Shown in pieces: positions 1 through 6,093 of a stretch of 47,718 nt of DNA. Made by a program: the position numbers and the translations under genes. The DNA is from Candidatus Shapirobacteria bacterium (GTDB lineage Bacteria; Patescibacteriota; Microgenomatia; UBA12405). Location of the stretch: positions 1-47,718 of the forward strand of contig JAGOPG010000001.1 in assembly GCA_017992115.1 (NCBI GenBank), written 5' to 3'. Below the pieces are notes generated by a model. That model saw only the letters and a list, made by a program, of their open reading frames with translations. It did not search any database and had not been told where the DNA came from. Each line of letters begins with the position of its first letter. The stretch's first letter is position 1.

Positions 1-236
1 TCCCCCATAATTTTTTTTGGTGGCATATTGACGATAAATACCGTTTTAACATTTAGTAACTGTAGGGGTTCATACCATTTTCTTATTCCAGAAAAAACTA
101 TTTTTTTGCCAAAATCTTCACCAAAATCTACCACCATTCTAATTAACTTCTCAGATTTTTCGACTGCTTTTGCCTCTAAAATTTCTCCAACTCGAAATTC
201 AACTTTAGCAAAATCATCATAAGTAATTAATTCCAT
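1..236 (-). CDS. tRNA-binding OB-fold domain protein (CsaA/Trbp111-like, same fold as the MetRS C-terminal domain); 3' end runs off the window
   Basis: Not in the ORF track because it is open at the window edge. Hand translation of the reverse strand from ATG at 236 gives MELITYDDFAKVEFRVGEILEAKAVEKSEKLIRMVVDFGEDFGKKIVFSGIRKWYEPLQLLNVKTVFIVNMPPKKIMG. This follows the classic tRNA_bind pattern (DFxKvdxRVGxIxeAe...KL...VDxGe...IvSGi..Y.P..L.gk.v.v.N..P.K..G). An alternative in-frame ATG lies at 251. Confidence 0.7.
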   Translation of the reverse strand, partial: MELITYDDFAKVEFRVGEILEAKAVEKSEKLIRMVVDFGEDFGKKIVFSGIRKWYEPLQLLNVKTVFIVNMPPKKIMG

Positions 237-276
237 GAGCAATTTTAACATTTTCTCTTGTGTTATCCTTTACAAT

Positions 277-1635
277 ATGACAAATATCGATCCCTCTATT
301 TTCAAGTCTTACGACATTCGTGCTGTTTACCCTAATCAGGCCAATGAAGAATTGGCGGAAAAAATCGGTCGGGGCTTTGCTAAATATCTCAATTTTCCTT
401 CAAAAGTACTTGTAGCTCGAGACGGTCGTATTTCTGGCGAGTCTATGAAAAATGCCCTAATTTTGGGATTAACTAAAGTTGGTGTCAATGTTGTCGATAT
501 TGATTTGGCTTCTACCGATTCTTTTTATTATGCTTGTCAAACTCGTGACTTACCCGGAATTTCTGTCACCGCTAGTCATAATCCCAAAGAATACACTGGA
601 TTTAAAATGGTGAAAAAAATTCCTGAACTTCTCTCTGGCGATGCAGGAATAAAGGAAATTAAAGAGTGGATTTTAACTGATCAACTTCCTTCCGATGTAG
701 CTACATCTGGGACGATAGAAAATATAGATATCAAACAAGAATTTGTAGATTATGTCGCCTCACTTGTTGACCTATCTCAAGTAAAAGCCATGACCGTGCT
801 GGCTGACACTGCCAACGGTATGGTTGGTCCTTTTCTGGAAATTCTATCTCAAAAAATTCCTCAGATAAAATTTGTCAAAATGTATTGGGAAGTCGACGGC
901 AATTTTCCCAATCATGGAGGAGATCCATTATTGGCCGAAAACCGTCAACAAATCCAAAATCGGGTTCCTTTAGAAGGAGACTTGGGAATCATGTTCGATC
1001 CCGATGGTGACCGGTTTTTTGTTATTGATAAAAGAGGTCGATTCATTTCCGGAGATTTTATGACTGCTATTTTATCCGAATATTTTTTAAAGCGATATCC
1101 AGGCTGCGCCGTTGTCTACGATATCAGAGCTTCTAAAGTAGTACCTCAAACCATAGAAAAGAACGGTGGTAAGGCCTTAGCCAATCGTGTTGGACATACC
1201 CACATCAAAGCTAGAATGAAGGCAGAAAATGCCTATTTTGGAGGGGAAGTATCAGGCCATTATTATTTTAAAGATTTTTTTCTTTGTGACACCGGGCTAA
1301 CTACCTTTGTATATCTACTAGACTTTCTTTCTAAAAGCCCACGCTCTTTAGAAGATATAGTTGACCAGATGAGTTCTCAATATCACATATCCGGAGAAAT
1401 CAATTCGACGGTTACCGATGTATCGGCAACTATGGCCAAATTAGAATCTGTATACGGCCCAAAGGTACTTACTCCAATAGAAAAAATGGACGGTCTCACT
1501 TTTGAAATGGGGAATTGGCGCTTTAATGTACGCCCATCAAATACTGAACCTTTACTTCGTCTAAATTTGGAGGCTGACAGTCAGGAACTAATGATCTTAA
1601 AACGGGATGAAGTTTTATCCCTAATTCGGAATTAA
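277..1635 (+). CDS. phosphomannomutase/phosphoglucomutase (alpha-D-phosphohexomutase family)
   Basis: Phosphoserine loop TASHNPKEYTGFK, metal loop FDPDGDR and sugar loop GGEVSGH are present. The N-terminus FKSYDIRAVYP is the usual family start. ATG 277 is therefore preferred over the track start 235, which would overlap the divergent gene. Confidence 0.9.
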   Translation: MTNIDPSIFKSYDIRAVYPNQANEELAEKIGRGFAKYLNFPSKVLVARDGRISGESMKNALILGLTKVGVNVVDIDLASTDSFYYACQTRDLPGISVTASHNPKEYTGFKMVKKIPELLSGDAGIKEIKEWILTDQLPSDVATSGTIENIDIKQEFVDYVASLVDLSQVKAMTVLADTANGMVGPFLEILSQKIPQIKFVKMYWEVDGNFPNHGGDPLLAENRQQIQNRVPLEGDLGIMFDPDGDRFFVIDKRGRFISGDFMTAILSEYFLKRYPGCAVVYDIRASKVVPQTIEKNGGKALANRVGHTHIKARMKAENAYFGGEVSGHYYFKDFFLCDTGLTTFVYLLDFLSKSPRSLEDIVDQMSSQYHISGEINSTVTDVSATMAKLESVYGPKVLTPIEKMDGLTFEMGNWRFNVRPSNTEPLLRLNLEADSQELMILKRDEVLSLIRN

Positions 1636-1636
1636 G

Positions 1637-2740
1637 ATGAATAAAAAATACCTTATTTTGGCTATTATTTTTGCTGTGATTTTAGGAATTTCTATTCCCT
1701 TATTCTTTTATTTTAAGACAACTTATCGGCGTATGGTTGTTGTTCCCAACAAGATTGAACTAGCCTCACCCACAGCAACTCCTACTCCGGATCCCAACCG
1801 TCCCATCTCGCTTTTATTATTAGGCTACGGCGGAGCTGGTCATGACGGTCCCTATTTAACCGATTCAATAATGCTGGTTAGAATCAACCCTAAACTTGAA
1901 AAAGTTGATTTAATTTCTATTCCTCGCGATCTTTGGGTTAGCATTCCTATAAGTACTGAATCGAGTCTTTCAGCTAAAATAAATTTAGCCTATACTATCG
2001 GTATTAATGATAAAAAATATCCAAATAAATCCGCCGAATATACCGGCCTGGCTGGTGGTGGTGAAATGAGTAAATATGTTGCTTTTCAAGTTACCGGCAT
2101 TAAACCTGATTATTTTTTTGCCCTCGATTTTAGTGGTTTTAAAACTATTATTGACAAGATAGGAGGAATTGACATTAATGTCCCTCGTTCTTTTATAGAT
2201 CCTCTTTATCCTTTAGACGTCGACTCCAGCGAAACTTGTGGCAAAAGTGAAGAAGAGGTCAAAGCACTCACTGCCACTATGTCAGGAGAAAAATTAGAAG
2301 AACAATTTCCCTGTCGTTACGAAACACTAACTTTTAATAAGGGTTTAAACCATTTTGATGGTTCAACAGCACTAAAATATGCCCGATCTCGCCATTCTCC
2401 CACTGAAGGGAATGATTTTAGCCGTTCAGAAAGGCAAAAACAAGTTATCGAAGCAGTAAAAAACAAAGTACTTTCTCTAAATTTCTTTAATAAAATTATT
2501 CCAGTTTCCGAAGCATTATCTTACCATCTTACGACTGATATGGATTTATCCACTATGGAAAAATTATTGATTCGAGCACCTGATTTTTCCAAGTACAAAA
2601 TAAATTCTATAGCTATTACCGATAAAAATTATTTAATGCAATCTGTTAGTGCCGATAGACAGTCTATATTAATCCCAAAAGCTGGAGATGGTAATTTTGA
2701 AGAAATAATAGAATTTTTAAACACATCTTTGGTAGAATAA
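1637..2740 (+). CDS. LytR-CpsA-Psr (LCP) family cell-wall glycopolymer ligase, membrane anchored
   Basis: N-terminal TM helix. LCP core LLLGYGG..YLTDSIMLVRINP..ISIPRDLWV and ALKYARSRH..DFSRSERQKQV. Confidence 0.85.
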   Translation: MNKKYLILAIIFAVILGISIPLFFYFKTTYRRMVVVPNKIELASPTATPTPDPNRPISLLLLGYGGAGHDGPYLTDSIMLVRINPKLEKVDLISIPRDLWVSIPISTESSLSAKINLAYTIGINDKKYPNKSAEYTGLAGGGEMSKYVAFQVTGIKPDYFFALDFSGFKTIIDKIGGIDINVPRSFIDPLYPLDVDSSETCGKSEEEVKALTATMSGEKLEEQFPCRYETLTFNKGLNHFDGSTALKYARSRHSPTEGNDFSRSERQKQVIEAVKNKVLSLNFFNKIIPVSEALSYHLTTDMDLSTMEKLLIRAPDFSKYKINSIAITDKNYLMQSVSADRQSILIPKAGDGNFEEIIEFLNTSLVE

Positions 2741-2768
2741 ACCAATTACATGTTATTAATAATTATAT

Positions 2769-3212
2769 ATGGCATTTAGTATCAATATCGCAATCATTAC
2801 TGGAAATCTTACTCGTGATCCAGAACTTCGTTATACTCCTTCCGGGACTGCAGTATGCAGTTTTGGTGTCGCCACTAATCATTCAATTAAAAAGGATGAC
2901 CAGTGGACAGATATTCCCACTTTCCACAATATTGTTGTTTGGGGAAAACAAGCTGAATACATCAGTAACACCTTAAAAAAGGGCATGAAAGTATCACTTA
3001 CTGGTCGTATAGATAATCGTCAATATGACGCTAAAGACGGCACTAAAAAATATATTAGCGAAATTATTGCAGACACTGTTGTACCTTTTACCGACAGAAA
3101 ATCAGTTGATACTGCAAGCACTGAGGTAGACAACACTCCGGCCCAGGATGCAGGTGCTGCAACAGAAGACAAGGTGGAGGATATCGTTATTCCCGACGAA
3201 ATGCCTTTCTAA
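2769..3212 (+). CDS. ssb: single-stranded DNA-binding protein
   Basis: OB-fold start ITGNLTRDPELRYTPSGTAVCSFGVATN, an acidic disordered tail, and a C-terminus ending DEMPF (canonical SSB tip D-D-I-P-F type). Confidence 0.93.
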   Translation: MAFSINIAIITGNLTRDPELRYTPSGTAVCSFGVATNHSIKKDDQWTDIPTFHNIVVWGKQAEYISNTLKKGMKVSLTGRIDNRQYDAKDGTKKYISEIIADTVVPFTDRKSVDTASTEVDNTPAQDAGAATEDKVEDIVIPDEMPF

Positions 3213-3414
3213 CCTCGTCTAATTTCTCTTCGAAAATTTTAACATACTTGATATTTTTGTGTCCTGTTTCTATACAATGTCCTAACCTTGTTTCTATTGT
3301 GGCAGATAACTGAGCGCAATCAATATTTCCTTCATTTTCTATTCTATAAATATCTCCCTCCCAGCCACAATCATTACATGTTGGTTTCACTCCGATTATT
3401 TCTTTTGGTGACAT
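3187..3414 (-). CDS. hypothetical 75-aa Cys/His-containing protein
   Basis: ORF track. A near-consensus promoter sits directly upstream. The N-terminal CNDCGWEGD resembles the core of the 36-aa peptide at 4339..4449. The 3' end overlaps ssb by 26 nt. No family recognised. Confidence 0.5.
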   Translation of the reverse strand: MSPKEIIGVKPTCNDCGWEGDIYRIENEGNIDCAQLSATIETRLGHCIETGHKNIKYVKIFEEKLDEVRKAFRRE

Positions 3415-3422
3415 ATAGCCGT

Positions 3423-3450
3423 ATTATATGTCAAATCATTATTATGTCAA
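3423..3450 (-). promoter_or_regulatory. sigma70-type promoter for the 75-aa ORF (TTGACA-N16-TATAAT), apparently leaderless
   Basis: The reverse strand reads TTGACA (3450->3445), a 16-nt spacer, then TATAAT (3428->3423). Only 8 nt (ACGGCTAT, no SD) follow before ATG 3414. Confidence 0.5.
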
Positions 3451-3540
3451 TATTATAGGATTCTTATATACTGCCATGATAAAGTTGGAATGTTTTTAAA
3501 GTAATTACGTTTTTAATTAAAGATAAGGTACAATATTTCA

Positions 3541-4239
3541 ATGTCATATAAAACATTGAAGGTATTGGAGAATTTGGTGTTAATCTGTGATACAAAAATC
3601 GAAAATACTAGAGAGGTAAAACGAAATCTAACGGAAGCGTATCAGACCAATAAAAAATTTTTTAACAGCGATACCCCTACGATTGCTGTTACTTTTGTTT
3701 ATAAAAGAACAGATCTTGAAAAAATTGTTCATCATCAAACAAAGGATTGGGAAGTCGCCTATGCATATAACAACGATGAGCTAAAAAATCAGATTGTTAT
3801 TTTTAGTCCCGAAGTTATTGAAACAGTATCCCGAAACACTAAAAGTTATTTTCCTTACTTGCTGACACATGAGATGGCACATATTTTTACTAATAATGTA
3901 TGTATTTTTTTTCAACCCAGATGGTTATATGAAGGCTTGGCTGGGTTTGTGGCCAAACAATACACAAAAATCAAAAAAATATCAAAATTTGTAGAATTTA
4001 AATTTATTCATGATAAAAATGGATGGAATAATAATCCAAGTTATGCCCAAGCTTATTCTTTTACCAAGTTTCTAATTGACAAATACGGAGAAAAAAAAGT
4101 ACTCAATTTTACAATTGAGAGATTAAGTAAACTGAATAGATATCACAAATTTGAGGAATTTAAAACGGAATACGACGACTTTTTTAAAGAGAAATTTGAG
4201 AAGGTAAGTGAGCTTTGGAAACAAAATACATTTTATTAA
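3541..4239 (+). CDS. clan MA (gluzincin) zinc metallopeptidase, Peptidase_MA_2-like, cytoplasmic
   Basis: HExxH in LLTHEMAHIF, followed by the third-ligand motif WLYEGLAGF. No signal peptide or TM helix. Confidence 0.65.
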   Translation: MSYKTLKVLENLVLICDTKIENTREVKRNLTEAYQTNKKFFNSDTPTIAVTFVYKRTDLEKIVHHQTKDWEVAYAYNNDELKNQIVIFSPEVIETVSRNTKSYFPYLLTHEMAHIFTNNVCIFFQPRWLYEGLAGFVAKQYTKIKKISKFVEFKFIHDKNGWNNNPSYAQAYSFTKFLIDKYGEKKVLNFTIERLSKLNRYHKFEEFKTEYDDFFKEKFEKVSELWKQNTFY

Positions 4240-4245
4240 TTATTT

Positions 4246-4289
4246 CCGGAACCTGCCTATTGTATAAGATACCTTTCGGCAGGTTCCGG
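4246..4289. terminator. 12-bp perfect stem-loop between convergent genes (possible bidirectional terminator or mRNA 3' stabiliser)
   Basis: CCGGAACCTGCC (4246-4257) pairs with GGCAGGTTCCGG (4278-4289) around a 20-nt loop. It starts 7 nt after the stop of 3541..4239. There is no clean U-tract on either strand. Confidence 0.5.
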
Positions 4290-4291
4290 TT

Positions 4292-4324
4292 GTGGTACTC
4301 ACAAACATTGTCTATGAGTACCAC
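4292..4324. terminator. 10-bp perfect stem-loop immediately downstream of the 36-aa peptide gene
   Basis: GTGGTACTCA (4292-4301) pairs with TGAGTACCAC (4315-4324) around a 13-nt loop. It lies 14 nt after the peptide stop codon on the minus strand. Confidence 0.45.
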
Positions 4325-4338
4325 TCTAGAGTTGGATA

Positions 4339-4449
4339 TTAACCTTCTTTGTCACACTGATCGCTGTCACAGCCAGAGCCTTCACACCAGCCATCACAGT
4401 CATCGCAGTTTGACGTTAACATGGTTATGATCCCTTCAAGTTGGTCCAT
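4339..4449 (-). CDS. 36-aa Cys/Asp-rich peptide, candidate RiPP precursor (below the 60-aa cutoff of the ORF track)
   Basis: Hand translation of the reverse strand gives ATG(4449) MDQLEGIITMLTSNCDDCDGWCEGSGCDSDQCDKEG TAA(4341-4339). A perfect SD AAGGAGGTG lies 6 nt upstream. The gene starts 18 nt after the radical SAM stop codon and is followed by two hairpins. Confidence 0.7.
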   Translation of the reverse strand: MDQLEGIITMLTSNCDDCDGWCEGSGCDSDQCDKEG

Positions 4450-4455
4450 TTTTCT

Positions 4456-4464
4456 CACCTCCTT
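4456..4464 (-). promoter_or_regulatory. Shine-Dalgarno site of the 36-aa peptide gene
   Basis: The reverse strand reads AAGGAGGTG, then AGAAAA, then ATG. This is the strongest SD I found in the window. Confidence 0.7.
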
Positions 4465-4467
4465 TCG

Positions 4468-5748
4468 TTACAAGAGTATTTGTTTATGCTTCAAATAGGA
4501 CACGACCTGTATTACTTTTTCAAGCTCAACTCCAAGAACCTTTTGGAACTCATCTATAGAAATCATCTCCTTTCCATTTTCGAACAATTTACTGAGCCTT
4601 TGGTCAACCGGCACCCAAGCACTAGTCGAAACAAACAACACTGATCCGAAAGGTTCAAGGCGTGTTTGCATCCTTGGATTTACCAAAAACTGGGTGTCTT
4701 GCGTTTGTGGTATCGGAACTTTGGGTAGGCCATGTTGTGGAATATATTTCTGATCACACATTGGATCGGCAGCCTTTTTTGATCCGAACGCGGTGAATGC
4801 ATCGGCCTTACAACCTCCCATGCAACGTGTCTTTATGGCACAACTTCCGCATACTTCAGGTAATAACACTTCTGACCGCCATTCCTCCATTCTTTTCCAA
4901 GCAAGTTGTAGACTCTCATCGATATTACCGTAGCTTTCTGATGCCCTATTACATGGTTTGACATTACCGTCAAAGCCAATAGTGCATGTGGTCTTCCCGG
5001 CAGTGCAGAACTTATATCCTTGAATTGGTATATGTCCTCCATAACTACATACTGGGTTTGCCTCCAGAGAGTTTACGTGCAGATCGAATTCTTTCCCAGC
5101 TATTTCTAGTTCCTCTTGCATCTGTCGAAATTCTGTCAGAGTCAATAGTTGACTGGTAAAGCCTCTTCCGGAAGAAGGATCCGAAGCTTTCGTAACTGCA
5201 AAACTCGGAAGGCCAAGTGATGAAACTAACGCTGCAGTTTGGTTAATTTGACTTAGATTGTATTTTGAAACAACCATATTTACATAAATTGGGAAGCCGA
5301 AACTTTTAGCCAGATTAATTCCATGGACTATTTTTCGGAGGGAACCCTTACTACCAGTAATTTGATCACATACTTTCGAATCACCTGAGGGTAGGGAAAC
5401 TAAAATTGACTTTATTCCACAATCCTTAAGAATTTTCGCTTTTCCTGGTGTCAGTAACGTAAGGTTACTATTCATAGAAACAGATACTCCGCCATCCGAG
5501 AGAGATTTTATATAGTCTCTTAGCTCCCTTATAACAACTAATGGTTCTCCCCCCGTAATAATGACAGAAAAAACTTTATTGCTTAGTATTTCCGATACTA
5601 TCTTGGGGTAAAGTGTAAAATAGTTGGAAGTAAGTGAACTAGTTGGTTGAACATCTCTCCAATAGTTGTAACAGTGTTTACAATTGTGATTACAAACGGG
5701 TGTTACTTCCCACTGGACTCCAATAGGTGCAGACAATGTCGTAAACAT
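4468..5748 (-). CDS. radical SAM / SPASM-domain peptide-modifying enzyme (RiPP maturase candidate)
   Basis: CX3CX2C at residues 19-26 (VCNHNCKHCY) and the SAM-binding motif ITGGEPL. Full SPASM signature: CTIGFDGNVKPC (GX4C) and CGSCAIKTRCMGGC (CX2CX5CX3C), plus a later Cys (DPMC). A roughly 85-aa C-terminal extension follows. SD AGGAG lies 8 nt before the ATG. Confidence 0.9.
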   Translation of the reverse strand: MFTTLSAPIGVQWEVTPVCNHNCKHCYNYWRDVQPTSSLTSNYFTLYPKIVSEILSNKVFSVIITGGEPLVVIRELRDYIKSLSDGGVSVSMNSNLTLLTPGKAKILKDCGIKSILVSLPSGDSKVCDQITGSKGSLRKIVHGINLAKSFGFPIYVNMVVSKYNLSQINQTAALVSSLGLPSFAVTKASDPSSGRGFTSQLLTLTEFRQMQEELEIAGKEFDLHVNSLEANPVCSYGGHIPIQGYKFCTAGKTTCTIGFDGNVKPCNRASESYGNIDESLQLAWKRMEEWRSEVLLPEVCGSCAIKTRCMGGCKADAFTAFGSKKAADPMCDQKYIPQHGLPKVPIPQTQDTQFLVNPRMQTRLEPFGSVLFVSTSAWVPVDQRLSKLFENGKEMISIDEFQKVLGVELEKVIQVVSYLKHKQILL

Positions 5749-5780
5749 AAACTTTTCTCCTGTATTTTAAGGTGCACGTT

Positions 5781-5818
5781 GTTACATGCTGATGGACTGA
5801 ATCTATCGTTACATGCTG
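5781..5818 (-). repeat. two copies of an 11-bp direct repeat (CAGCATGTAAC on the minus strand) in the radical SAM leader
   Basis: GTTACATGCTG occurs at 5781-5791 and 5808-5818 on the plus strand, a 27-bp period. Both copies lie between the predicted promoter and the SD. Confidence 0.5.
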
Positions 5819-5843
5819 GGCTATCCAGTAGAACAACAAACGA

Positions 5844-5872
5844 ATTATATGCCAAAACATCCGGAAAATCAA
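5844..5872 (-). promoter_or_regulatory. sigma70-type promoter of the radical SAM/peptide operon (TTGATT-N17-TATAAT)
   Basis: The reverse strand reads TTGATT (5872->5867), a 17-nt spacer, then TATAAT (5849->5844). This predicts a roughly 90-nt leader before ATG 5748. Confidence 0.5.
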
Positions 5873-5995
5873 ATAATACAATCCTATAAGAAGCGAATAT
5901 TCAGTGTTATACACCTTAAAGGCTCTTTATAAAAGGTAATTGTTAAATATCAAAATAAAGTGTTAATTATTTTTGGAGTAGCTCTTTCATTTTTG

Positions 5996-6067
5996 TGACC
6001 CCACGGAGAATTGAACTCCGGTTACCAGGATGAGAACCTGATGTCCTAGCCACTAGACGATGGGGCC
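5996..6067 (-). tRNA. tRNA-Glu (anticodon CUC), no encoded CCA
   Basis: The reverse strand GGCCCCATCGTCTAGTGGCTAGGACATCAGGTTCTCATCCTGGTAACCGGAGTTCAATTCTCCGTGGGGTCA folds by hand into a 72-nt cloverleaf. It has a 7-bp acceptor stem, D stem GTCT/GGAC, anticodon stem TCAGG/CCTGG with loop TTCTCAT, and T arm CGGAG-TTCAATT-CTCCG. Confidence 0.9.
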
Positions 6068-6093
6068 ATCTAGATGTTGTACAATTAAATCAG

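Noticed and set aside
28-222. 64-aa plus-strand ORF at the left edge
   Set aside because: It lies entirely antisense to a well-supported tRNA-binding domain CDS. Its sequence is low-complexity and no family is recognisable.
4450-4470. The rSAM stop codon TAA is in frame with the peptide ORF (possible readthrough fusion), and a GTG at 4458 could extend the peptide
   Set aside because: Sharing a frame has a one-in-three chance expectation. The GTG lies inside the SD itself. ATG 4449 with a 6-nt spacing is the obvious start.
4215-4644. Plus-strand ORFs 4215..4430 (His/Cys/Ser-rich tail CHTDRCHSQSLHTSHHSHRS) and 4441..4644
   Set aside because: They are the antisense shadow of the 36-aa peptide gene and the rSAM 3' end. 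They have no SD and run through two strong hairpins. The minus-strand reading has a perfect SD and operon context.
5690-5914. 74-aa minus-strand ORF (GTG start) upstream of and overlapping the rSAM start; also the plus-strand ORF 5647..5889
   Set aside because: The predicted promoter (-10 at 5849->5844) lies inside it. It overlaps the rSAM N-terminus out of frame by 59 nt and has no convincing SD. Its hydrophobic composition is what AT-rich non-coding DNA yields. It is treated as leader sequence.
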